Made by a program: the position numbers and the translations under genes
Shown: piece after piece, positions 50,952 through 62,479 of the stretch
How the letters are laid out: every line of letters starts with the position of its first letter
How positions within the stretch are numbered: the first letter of the stretch is position 1
DNA from: Mobula hypostoma
Lineage: Eukaryota
DNA: 64,000 nucleotides
NCBI RefSeq assembly: GCF_963921235.1
Contig: NC_086109.1
Span: forward strand, 19,470,001-19,534,000
Reading direction: 5' to 3'
The notes under the pieces: generated by a model
What the model saw: only the letters and a program-made list of their open reading frames with translations
What the model was told of the DNA's origin: nothing
Database searches by the model: none

Positions 50952-51930
50952 GAGTCATAGAGCACTACAACACAGAAACAGGCCCTTCAGCCCATCTAGT
51001 CAGTGCCAAACTATTGTTCTGCCTAGTCCCATTGACCCACAGCGGACTCAACCCCTCTCATCCAGGTACTTACCCAAACTGCTCTTAACTGTTGAAATTG
51101 AACCCGCATCCACCACTTTTGCTGCAGCTCGTTCCACACGCTCAACACCCGCTGAGTGAGGAAGTTCCCCTCAGGTTCCCCTTAAGAACTTATTTCACTT
51201 TCAACCTTAACTGATGATACCTAGTTCTATCTCACCCGACCTCAGTGGGAAAAAGCCTACTTGCATTTACCCTGTCTGTCCCCCCCATAGTTCTATCAAA
51301 TGTCTCCCATTCTCCTACACTCCTGGAATAAAGTCTTAGTCTATTCAATCTTTCCTTGCAACTCAGGTCCTCAAGTCCTGGCAATATCCTCATAAATTTT
51401 CTCTGTACGTTTTCAATCTTATTGATATGTTTCCGGTAGGTAGCTTACCTGGTGGGCACGTGGCCAAGTGGTTGAGGCATTGGACTGGCAACCTGACGGT
51501 TGTGAGTTCGAGCCCCAGCCGAGGGAACATGTTGTGTCCTTGAGCAAGGCACTTAATCACACATTGCTCTGCGACGACACTGGTGTCAAGCTGTATGGGT
51601 CCTAATGCCCTTCCCTTGGACAACATCGGTGTCTTGGAGAGGGGAGACTTGCAGCATGGGCAACTGCTGGTCTTCCATACAACCTTGCCCAGGGCTGCGC
51701 CCTGGAGAGTGAAGACTTTCCAGGTGCAAGACTAACGGATGCCTTAATATAATATAATATAGGTAGCAGACCAGAACTGCACACAATATTCCAAATAAGG
51801 CCTCAGCAACATTATATACAACTTCAACATAGCATCCTGATTCCTGCGATCAATGTGTTGATTTATGAAGTCCAATGTGCCAAAAGCTTTCTTTTTGACC
51901 TTATCTACCTGTGACACCACTTTCAAGGAA
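50952..51930 (-). mobile_element. CR1 3' fragment
   Basis: ORF 51744-51926 LYIMLLRPYLEYCVQFWS; 3' end acagaaacaggcccttcagccca. Confidence 0.85.
51445..51759 (+). mobile_element. CORE-SINE, tail type A, nested in CR1
   Basis: A and B boxes, CORE, tail gactaacggatgcct(taata)n; TSD taggtagc at 51437-51444 and 51760-51767. Confidence 0.85.
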
Positions 51931-52000
51931 TCCAGTGCTGTGCAGGATCAAATATGAGTTACAGTATGATTCTGTGTCCTCAATATTTGAATAGTTAGAT

Positions 52001-52298
52001 GCCCCAGTAGCGTAGCGGTTAGTGCGACACTATTACAGCTCAGGGCGTCAGAGTTCGGCATTCAATCCCAACATCCTCTGTAAAGAGTTTGTATGTCTTC
52101 CCTGTGGAATGCCTGGTTTTTCTCAGGGTGCTGCAGTTTCCTCCCACAGTCCAAAGACATAACAGTTAGTAGGTTGATTAGTCATTGTGAATTGTCCCAT
52201 GGTTAGGTTAGGGTTAAATCAGAAGTTGCTGGGTGGTATAGTTCGAAGGGCTGCAAGGGCTTATTCCACAAGGCATCTCTACGTAAAATAGAATTAAA
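52001..52298 (+). mobile_element. HE1-like V-SINE
   Basis: gtagcgtagcggttag head, gtttcctcccacagtccaaagac V domain, CR1-type tail; older relatives at 52558-52860 and 53765-54070. Confidence 0.8.
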
Positions 52299-55238
52299 AA
52301 ATAGTTTTGGGAAAGACCAACAATGGCCACAGCTGGGACAATGCAGTCCAAGGTTCCACATAATATTCCCGGAGGAATGTGGCATGGAGAATAACTTCAT
52401 TCTGTGTGCAACATGACATGGAAATTCTGACACATTTCGGGAACTTCTCAGCTGAATTTCTAGAATCTATGTCTAGACAGACATGCAACAATCCAGTAGT
52501 GGGCGTTATTGTGTTTCGCAAGTCACAGGTACATTTTCAGATGTATAGCCCCTAAAGAGGGTGACACAGTGGCAGACCAGAGACACGATTTCAATCCTGA
52601 CTTTGGGTATTCACTGTGTGGAGCTTGCATGTTCTCCTGGGATCATTTATAATTCCCCTGGATTGAAGTTACCTCCTACACCCCAAAGACTTACTGATTG
52701 GTCACTGTAAATTAGCTGCAAATTTTTCTTAGTGCGTAGGTGAGTGACAGCACGTTGGTGGAGTTGATGAGAGTGTAGGAAGAATAAAAAAGTAGGATTA
52801 ACATGAACTTGGTTCGCTAAAGAGCCTGTTTCCATGAATCATGAGTCTATAGTATGACTCTAAACCATGCCACATGATCTAATTATTACAACACTGTGTG
52901 AAGCTCTGATTTCAGTGACCCACAAGCATTGCTGATTCCACTCTGCATTGGCAACCCCACTGGAACTAGAGTTCATGGGTTAAGGGTGAAAGGTCAAATG
53001 TTTGAAGGGAACATGAGGGGGAACTTCTTCACTGAGAGGCTTGCGCTACAGCATAAGTGGTGAGTGTGAGTTCAATTTCAATATTTAAGAGAAATTTGAA
53101 AAAGTACATGGATGGGAGGAGTATGGAGGGATAACAATAAGGAACAGGTTGATGGGACTAGGCGGAATAATAGTTTAGCATGGACTAGATGGGCTGAAGG
53201 GCCTTTTCTGTGCTATTGTGTTCTATAACTCAATGACTCTGATGACTAGAGGGGAGAGACTTGCATTGGGTCATTGCAGATGAGAGTATCATCCGACAGT
53301 TGAACTCATTCCTGCAAACTCAGTTTCACTGAAGTCAATACACTTCCCATTCTAAGTACAGTATTTTTAGCTAGCTTGTGTCTTAAACCTAATGTAACAC
53401 TTAGTATAATTATTACATTTTAAGTATAATTATAGTTTAAGTATAGCTGTCTAAACTGGGAATTATAAATATAATGCATTAACTATCAAACAAAAACACT
53501 TAAATACAATGTTCTAGCACTTACAAAATACTTGCGATTGGCACGTGGGAGATCACTTTGCCACCTGTTTTCCACATGTTTTGGGTCCTCATAGAGCAGG
53601 ACGGCGGGCTTCCTGTTTATAAGCAAGCAGAGTATCACCCAATATTCACTCTTTCTGCAGCCTTGTGCCGATGTTGACGGGGAAGTGTTACAAGGCAAGA
53701 GGGACTCCAAGTCGTAATGCTTGCTCTTGGGACTGATGTGACAAGCTATGAGTGGCTCGTACCTCCAGTGGCCTGGTTTGATCCTGACCTCTTACAAAGC
53801 TTACACATTTTCTCCTTGTGACCGGAGGGGTTTCTCCCAGATGCTACTTTTCCCTCCCATATCCCATACATGTGCTGATTAGGAGGTTAATTGATCACTC
53901 TGAATTACCCCCAGCTGCCTGGGTGTTAGGAGAATGAAAGTGTGGTTGATGGACATGTGAGAGAGCAATGTTACAAGGGAATAGTTGGAAGAATGGCCCT
54001 GAAAGGATTGTTCCGCAAGATGGCATAGACTCGGTGGGCTGAATGGCATCCTCCTATGCCATCCAGAATATGAAACAAACACGTATTAATATCTCTTATG
54101 AGCTAGGTAAATTATTAATTCCTGCACTATCAACCAAATCAAACCTTAGTCATGTAAAACATCTGAATTAGATCATTCTTTGCTGAAGGGATCTTGACAA
54201 AGAACAAGTGAGGGACAGGAAGAGAGAGGAGCTAGAAGAAAAAGAAACTTTAAAAAGCATTCTCCAAAGCAACTCAAATTACAGTGTGTCAATCACAGAC
54301 ACCGAGAACCCACAAATATGGACGAGGTGAAATGTCAATGCGACTAATTGGTTTTCTATAGCAGAGCTGGTCTGGAAGATCTCCGATATATTCTAAATAA
54401 TGTTATAGGGACATTTAGTCTGACCTTCCAACTGTTTTCTGCACAGTGTTGAATTCTATAACTTCAAGTCACTGGATTTCTCTGTTTGCATCTGTCATCC
54501 CACCAGTGATATTTTGGGGCAACTTAATTGTCTTTCTTTCTTTTCTCTCTTTTTTTTTCTCCCTACAAGTAGAGGATGTTCTCACCCTAACCTGCCAGGC
54601 ATGTTTTCATGCTCTGCCTTTCCCAATTCCTACATTTCTTTGTCTATGTTTTTTGGTATGTTCTCACTTCCTATCTGCTCTCATTCCCTCACTCACAAGA
54701 TAACTGCTTAGAGCGTATCCCCATGGCCATCCTGGTCCTATTCTCTTAGAGTCTTCTCCTTCCCTCCCCTCCCCTCCCTGCATGCTAACAAGCTTCTTTT
54801 CTCTACTTCCCACTTCTGGGGCAGGATCGTCAACCTGAAACATTAATTCTCACCCACAAACCTTCCTTATGGAGAGTTCTAAAAGACCATTAAAACAAAA
54901 ACTACACGCCATCTTAAGCGTTTCTTCCCCCGGCAGTTCATCCAATCAACCACCCTAGTTGTCCCACCCTCACCCCCACTATCTATCACCCCTGTCACAG
55001 AACTGCACTGTAAACCACTTTTTATAATGTTGTTTACATTGTAAATACTTACTGGTAGAATTCAACACCCATGCAGAAAGATGGAAGGTCACACTAAATG
55101 CCTCTATAACATTATTTAGAATATATTGGAGATCTTCCTGACTAACTATGCCATATAAAACCAATTAGTCACATTGACATTTCAAATCATCCACATTTGT
55201 GGGTTCTTGGTGTCTGTGACTAACACACTGTAACTTGA

Positions 55239-56131
55239 ACAACAGGAATTCTGCAGATGCTGGAAATTCAAGCAACATACATCAAAGTTGCTGGTGAACG
55301 CAGCAGGCCAAGCAGCATCTATAGGAAGAGGTGCAGTCGATGTTTCAGACCGAGACCCTTCGTCAGGACTAAATGAAGGAAGAGTGAGTAAGGGATTTGA
55401 AAGTTGGAGGGGGAGGGGGAGATCCAAAATGATAGGAGAAGACAGGAGGGGGAGGGATAGAGCCGAGAGCTGGACAGGTGATAGGCAAAAGGGGATACGA
55501 GAGGATCATGGGACAGGAGGTCCGGGAAGAAAGACGGGGGGGGGGGTTGACCCAGAGGATGGGCAAGAGGTATATTCAGAGGGACAGAGGGAGAAAAAGG
55601 AGAGTGAGAGAAAGAATGTGTGCATAAAAATGAGTAACAGATGGGGTACGAGGGGGAGGTGGGGCCTTAGCGGAAGTTAGAGAAGTCGATGTTCATGCCA
55701 TCAGGTTGGAGGCTACCCAGACGGAATATAAGGTGTTGTTCCTCCAACCTGAGTGTGGCTTCATCTCCACAGTAGAGGAGGCCGTGGACAGACATGTCAG
55801 AATGGGAATGGGATGCGGAATTAAAATGTGTGGCCACTGGGAGATCCTGCTTTCTCTGGCGGACAGAGCGTAGATGTTCAGCAAAGCGGTCTCCCAGTCT
55901 GCGTCGGGTCTCACCAATATATAAAAGGCCACATCGGGAGCACCGGATGCAGTATATCACCCCAGCCGACTCACAGGTGAAGTGATGCCTCACCTGGAAG
56001 GACTGTTTGGGGCCCTGAATGGTGGTAAGGGAGGAAGTGTAAGGGCATGTGTAGCACTTGTTCCGCTTACACGGATAAGTGCCAGGAGGGAGATCAGTGG
56101 GGAGGGATGGGGGGGACGAATGGACAAGGGA
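55239..56131 (-). mobile_element. Young PLE partial copy (open GIY-YIG frame plus complete terminal repeat)
   Basis: ORF 55667-55993 GVIYCIRCSRCGLLYIGETRRRLGDRFAEH..LEEQHLIFRLGSLQPDGMN. Confidence 0.93.
55334..55371 (-). ncRNA. Hammerhead ribozyme motif (downstream copy)
   Basis: Minus strand AGTC CTGACGA A GGG tctcgg TCT GAAAC ATC GACT; predicted cut between 55339 and 55338. Confidence 0.65.
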
Positions 56132-56400
56132 GTTCTCTCTATCTTTATAATTAACATTATAGCTCTCTCTCTATCTTTCTCACTCTCACTTGCTCTTCCT
56201 CTCTTTCTCTTCCGTTTGTTCTTGCTCTCTCTCTTTCTCTTGCACTTTCTCTCTCACACACACATCCACTTGCTCTTTCTTGCTCTCTCTCTCTCTCTTT
56301 CTCATTCTCTTCCTCTCTCTGGCTCTTATTATCTCTCTTACTCTCTGTCTCTCTCCCACACACACACTTCTATTTGCTCTCTCTCTTGCTTTCTCACTAG
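56132..56400. repeat. Degenerate (CT)/(CA) low-complexity spacer
   Basis: Direct read; lies between the two PLE copies. Confidence 0.9.
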
Positions 56401-56422
56401 CTAGTAACCTACACATTACAAG

Positions 56423-58110
56423 TTCCACACATCAAAGTTGCTGGTGAACGCAGCAGGCCAGGCAGCATCTCTAGGAAGAGGTGCAGTCGACGTTTCAAGC
56501 CGAGACCCTTCGTCAGGACTAACTGAAGGAAGAGTGAGTAAGGGATTTGAAAGTGGGAGGGGGAGGGGGAGATCCAAAATGATAGGAGAAGACAGGAGGG
56601 GGAGGGATGGAGCCAAGAGCTGGACAGGTGATAGGCAAAAGGGGATACGAGAGGATCATAGGACAGGAGGCCCAGGGAGAAAGAAAAGGGGGAGGGGGGG
56701 AAAACCCAGAGGATGGTCAAGGGGTATATTCAGAGGGACAGAGGGAGAAAAAGGAGAGTGAGAGAAAGAATGTGTGTATAAAAATAAGTAACAGATGGGG
56801 TACGAGGGGGAGGTGGGGCATTAGCGGAAGTTAGAGAAGTCGATGTTCATGCCATCAGGTTGGAGGCTACCCAGACGGAATATAAGGTGTTGTTCCTCCA
56901 ACCTGAGTGTGGCTTCATCTTTACAGTAGAGGAGCTGTGGATAGACATGTCAGAATGGGAATGGGATGTGGAATTAAAATGTGTGGCCACTGGGAGATCC
57001 TGCTTTCTCTGGTGGACAGAGCGTAGGTGTTCAGCAAAGCGGTCTCCCAGTCTGCGTCGGGTCTCGCCAATATATAAAATGCCACATCGGGAGCACCAGA
57101 CGCAGTATATCACCCCAGCCGACTCACAGGTGAAGTGTTGCCTCACCTGGAAGGACTGTTTGGGGCCCTGAATAGTGGTAAGGGAGGAAGTGTAAGGGCA
57201 TGTGTAGCACTTGTTCCGCTTACACGGATAAGTGCCAGGAGGGAAATCAGTGGGGAGGGATGGGGGGGACGAATGGACAAGGGAGTCGCGTAGGGAGCGA
57301 TCCCTGCGGAATGCAAAGAGAGGCGGGGAGGGAAAGATGTGCTTAGTGGTGGGATCCCGTTGGAGGTGGCGGAAGTTACGGAGAATAATATGTTGGACCC
57401 AGAGGCTGGTGGGGTGGTAGGTGAGGACTAGGGGAACCCTATTCCTAGTGGGGTGGCGGGAGGATGGAGTGAGAGCAGATGTACGTGAAATGGGGGAGAT
57501 GCGTTTAAGAGCAGAGTTGATAGTGGAGGAAGGGAAGCCCCTTTCTTTAAAAAATGAAGACATCTCCCTCGTCCTAGAATGAAAAGCCTCATCCTGAGAG
57601 CAGATGCGGCGGAGACGGAGGAATTGCGAGAAGGGGATGGCATTTTTGCAAGAGACAGGGTGAGAAGAGGAATAGTCCAGATAGCTGTGAGAGTCAGTAG
57701 GCTTATAGTAGACATCAGTGGATAAGCTGTCTCCAGAGACAGAGACAGAAAGATCTAGAAAGGGGAGGGAGGTGTCGGAAATGGACCAGGTAAACTTGAG
57801 GGCAGGGTGAAAGTTGGAGGCAAAGTTAATAAAGTCAACGAGCTCTGCATGCGTGCAGGAAGCAGCGCCAATGCAGTTGTCGATGTAGCGAAGGGAAAGT
57901 GGGGAACAGATACCAGAATAGGCACGGAACATAGATTGTTCCACAAAGCCAACAAAAAGGCAGGCATAGCTAGGACCCATACGGGTGCCCATAGCTACAC
58001 CTTTAGTTTGGAGAAAGTGGGAGGAGCCAAAGGAGAAATTATTAAGAGTAAGGACTAATTCCACTAGACGGAGCAGAGTGGTGGTAGAGGGGAACTGATT
58101 AGGTCTGGAA
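56423..58110 (-). mobile_element. Young PLE, 5'-truncated: RT C-terminal half, GIY-YIG and terminal repeat
   Basis: 405-aa ORF: QTKGVAMGTRMGPSYACLFV, RYIDNC, HPALKFT, LPFLDL, YYKPTD, GVIYC..LYIGET; frameshift near 56935. Confidence 0.95.
56484..56525 (-). ncRNA. Hammerhead ribozyme motif (best-preserved copy)
   Basis: Minus strand cagttAGTC CTGACGA A GGG tctcgg CTT GAAAC GTC GACTg; predicted cut between 56489 and 56488. Confidence 0.72.
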
Positions 58111-58669
58111 GCTTCTTAAAGGTACTTTTTCTCTAGTTCTTCTCTCTTCCTCTTCCTCTCTAGTTTTTTGTCAAGACCTGATTTTTACAGTATACTGTTT
58201 ACATTGTAAATACAGTACTTGCTGGTATTTATTTATTTATGTGTATTTTATTCCATATCAGTCCTTTAACCCCTACCTGTATTAGATTTTTTAACTTGTA
58301 TATAATTCTTAGTTCTTATATAGTTCTTATTCTTTACAATTGTTGAATATTGTTTTCTTTTTCTTGTATGTCATGCCCTGAGCAGCACACCACAGCAAAT
58401 TACTAATACATGTCAAAGTATATGGCAGATAAAATTGATGCTTGATCCTTCCCCTCAGACTTGCTAAATGTATTGCTGTTTTCTGTTTTCTTTCAGATTT
58501 CCAGCATCTTTTTTTAATATATTTTATGAAAGGGTTGGGTTCAGTGTGACTTGTCATCAAAAAGATGCAAGTGAACTAAGACCTTGAGATCTAAGGTTGA
58601 ATGTGAGGGCTTAAACCTGCAATCATCTTTCCAACTAGCGATTAAACCAGCATTCCATTCTCCTCTCTG

Positions 58670-58830
58670 GTGGGCATATTTCCAAGGAAAAGGGGGGGAA
58701 ATATCCATAATATCCTAGCCAATATTTACCTCTCACCCAATACCAATAAACCAGATGATCTGGATAGTATCACATAGCTGATATTGCAAGATGTCGATAC
58801 ACAAGTTGGCTGTTGCATTTCCTATTTTTT
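58670..58830 (+). mobile_element. Ancient SINE Deu-domain-like fragment
   Basis: atcctagccaatatttacctctca..cagatgatctgg..tatcacatagctg..aagttggctgttgcatttcct (recalled similarity). Confidence 0.45.
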
Positions 58831-59069
58831 TAGAAGTACATCTGTTAGATCTCGAATGGAATGTGAAAAACAGAGTTACAATAAAGGTAAATGTAAGGTC
58901 AATTCAGCTAAGCTAGCACCTTGTAGACAAAACAAAACTCAAATGAAATGCAGCTAGGTGGATGGAGAGAGGAAGGGATATGAAAAAGAAGAAAATCGGG
59001 ACATAAAAATTGCACTTTAGGAGGTCAAGTGAAAGGAGAAGGTTTGTATTTACTGGTAGATCCATTAAC

Positions 59070-60320
59070 GGCATTGACATGCAGAGGGATTTTGGGGTCC
59101 AGGTTTGTATTTCACTGTAAATGGCTATGCAAACACACTCCGTGGCACTTTATTAGGTACACCTGTACATCTGCTCATTAATGCAAATATCGAATCAGCC
59201 AGTGATGTGGAAGCAACTGAATGCATAATGGCATGCAGACATGGTCAACAGGTTCAGCTTATGTTCTCACCAAACATCAGACTGACGAAGAAAAGTAATC
59301 TGACCACGGAATGATTGTTGGGGCCAGCCGGGTGGTTTGAGTATCTTAGAAGCTGCTGATCTTGTGGGTTTTTGCACCCAGCCACTAATCTCTGGAGATT
59401 ACAGAGAATGGTGCAAGAAACACAAAACATCCTGAGAGCAGCTGTTCTGTGAGCAAAAATACTTTATTAATGACAGAGGTCAGAGGAGAATGGCCAGAGT
59501 GGTTCAAGTCGACAGGGAGATGACAGTAACTCAAATAACCACACATTACAACAATGGAATGCATAAGAGCATCTCTGAATGTACAACACATCGGACTTCG
59601 AACTGCATGGGCTACAGCAGCAGAAGACCACAGATAGGCACTCAGTAGTCACTTTATTAAGTACATGAGGTACCTAACAAGGTGGCAACTGAGTGTAGCT
59701 AAGATTATAGGCATAGGGCAAGCTTGCCTTCATTAGTAGGGGTGTTGAGTATAAGAATAAGGAAGTCCCACCGCAGCTGTATAAAACTTCAGTCAGATTC
59801 CAATGGAGCATTGTGTGCTCTCTTGATCACCGTCTTGTAGGAAGGATGTGGAGACTGTGGAGAAGTGGAGATGAGGTTTACCAGGTTGCTGCCAGGATTA
59901 GAGGATATGAGCTATAAGGAACGTTTGGACAAACTTGATCTGATCTCCCTAGAGTGCTAGAGGCTGAGAGGAAACATGAAGAGGATTTTTTTTAAATGAT
60001 GAGAGGTATGGATAGGGTAGAGAGTCGAAATTCTTTTCCCATGGTCAAACACCAGCTTTTACAGTTAGAAGGGGGAAGGTCGAAGGTGACATGAGAGCAT
60101 GTTTTTTAACACAGAGAGTGGTAGGTTCCTGGAGCGGGTTACTAGAATAGAAGTGGAAGCAGTTTGGTGGACTTCAAGAGTCTTTTAGATAGACACATGA
60201 ACATGAAGGAGATGGTGAGGTGTAAGGAAGATACACAGGAGGACGACATTTAGCATAAATTAACATCAAGATCAGTACAACATGAAGGGCCAAATGGCCT
60301 GTACTATTTCATGTTCTGTT
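59070..60320 (+). mobile_element. CR1 3' fragment hosting Tc1
   Basis: gcagagggattttggggtcc..; gctgtataaaacttcagtcaga; ttttttaacacagagagtggtagg; tail ttcatgttctg. Confidence 0.8.
59136..59695 (+). mobile_element. Tc1-like deletion derivative with both ends
   Basis: TIR cactccgtggcactttattaggtac; transposase N-terminus remnant to ..MGYSSRRP; doubled right TIR; TA at 59696-59697. Confidence 0.88.
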
Positions 60321-62270
60321 TTATCAATTAGTTTTAAATTGAAGAAGAATTTTTAACTTGTTTCTCCCATGGTTTCTGGAAGGTCGGGAGTTGAGTAATC
60401 TGGATGCTTCAGGTATCTGGCTGAGTGGAACAGGGTTGATAGACCAGATAGTCTTCTTCGACACTTAAACGTTGTGGGCACGTCGATCAAAAGAGAGGAT
60501 GCACACTGAATGTGCAGAAGGTGAAACGAAGCCTGAGAAGGGAAAGTGGTCTGGTTTGTGTTATGAGTCCCTCATGGTGTGAGAAATGAATGAATGAATC
60601 TTGTGTTTGTTACTTGCTTGGGATTGAAATAGACCTTATGCTCAGAACAAAACAGTGCCGACACATCAGAACACTGACTTGGGTTAATATATCCTAATCT
60701 GGATGATAATGCTTCCTTCAGCAAAGAGCTGCACGTTGTGACATGAGGGGAAAATAAAACAATTCTTGGATGAAGTCCAGTAAAGCAAGAGTCAGAATGT
60801 AAACTATTTCATGTCACAACTACATTGTGTTTTTAAGGCAGACCGGATTAACTCAGTGGTGATCGTTCTGAAACTTTTCTTTAGCCAATTGATGCTGTGA
60901 CATGTGTAGCATTTGTGATAATAGTTTTTATCACTTTGAAAACTGAATCAGGTGATTAGTTGTTTTTTTTTGCCTGTGTTTCTGAAAAAAAAATCACAGT
61001 CAACAAAATGATATCTTGATAATGTAAGCTTCTTTTAGCTTCGTTTCATAAAATGCCCTTTTTAGCTTCAGTTAGCAACTATTTCAAAGGGTCAAAGTAC
61101 TTTTATTATCAATGCATGAATGCAGTATACAACCCTGAGATTCATCTTCCCACAGACAGCCACGAATCAAAGAAAAGCCATGGAACCCATTCAAAGAAAA
61201 TACCAAACACCCATTGCGCAAAAAAAAGAACAAATCGCGCCACAGCAAAAAAAACCCAAGTGAAAAATACAGAATGTATTCCCAGTTCACACTTCCCAGT
61301 ATGTTTTAGAGAGAAAGAGAACCAGATGTGATAGTGCAGGCAGACATAAAATTATCAATTAAGATTACCCTGCGGCTCCCAGCCCCTCCCCCCACCTACA
61401 TTACCCCTTCAATCTGTTTCTCTGACGCAATACACTCCAATTCTACTTGCAGGCAGAACCATGCTTCTCCTAGAGCGAATCTGGACAGCCCTTGATATCA
61501 AACTCAAACAGATTCAACTGTAAATCAGAGAGAATTTGATCTGACATAGATGCCACACATACTGAACACAATGCAGAGATGTACGTACACAGACAGAACA
61601 TATTCCCATGCACCTGTCAGGTACTTTCCAAGCTAGTCTTTACCCCTGACAGGAATTTTCACAAGGCTACTCTCAGGGCAAACTCCAATCCTCATTCTTA
61701 GTAAAACTCCAACCTGACCTTGACTCCACAGTGGTCACATTCCGAGAGAGCCCAAACTTGCTTGATTCTCGAAACAAATCTGTTTCGGGGTTACCCAGCA
61801 TAAGAGTGAGAAGATCATTTGTTCCAACACCAGCTCTCATTTGCAAACCTCTAACTTAAGCTTGTGTGTTGTCTCTCATCCTGTAATGAGGCATGAGGCA
61901 ATTGGTGACCAGCCTTGCACTTGTGAAGAAAGAGATCAAGTGAAAATCAGACCCTGACACCCAGAATACTGAAAATACAGAAATTGCTTGGGCATCTTTG
62001 AAAACTGCATTCTGAAAAATAAATTTGCTATGTGCAAACTTCTAAATTTGAGGATAGAGATAATCTATATATCAATCTGCTTATGGGATTTTAAAACAAT
62101 AAATTCTAGGAAACCTCATCAGGTCATGCAGCTGCTATTGAGAGAAAAACAGAAACAGGAAGTTCTCTTTTGTTTCAAGGGTGACAATGTACTCAAAGGA
62201 CGAAAACCTGATGATGGTTCATCGAGGTTTTCTAACTACAGACACTGCCAAAGCAGCTAAGTATTTTCAT

Positions 62271-62461
62271 CTTTCTCCATTTTTATTTCAGGTTTCCAGC
62301 ATCTGCAGTTATGTTTTTTTGAAATACATTTTGGCTTTCTCCGTTTTTATTTCGGGTTTGCAGCATCTGAAGTTATGTTTTTTAAAATATATTTTAGCTT
62401 TCTCCATTTTTATTTCAGGTTTCCAACATGTGCAGTTAAGCTTCTTTTTTATTTTAGCTTT
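62271..62461. repeat. Tandem repeat, 3 units of ~63 bp
   Basis: Units begin ctttctcc at 62271, 62335 and 62398; each contains tttcaggtttccagcatctgcag-like sequence. Confidence 0.85.
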
Positions 62462-62479
62462 ATGGTGGCACTGTGCTTA

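Larger units (their letters stand above)
54190..58178. repeat. Local inverted duplication; arm 1 is 54190-54458, arm 2 is 55056-55238 plus 58111-58178, split by PLEs
   Basis: Reverse complement of 55056-55238 aligns by eye to 54274-54458; reverse complement of 58111-58178 aligns to 54190-54258. Confidence 0.85.

Noticed and set aside
56157..56447. Glu/Arg-rich and Leu/Ser-rich ORFs
   Set aside because: Translations of the (GA)/(CT) microsatellite
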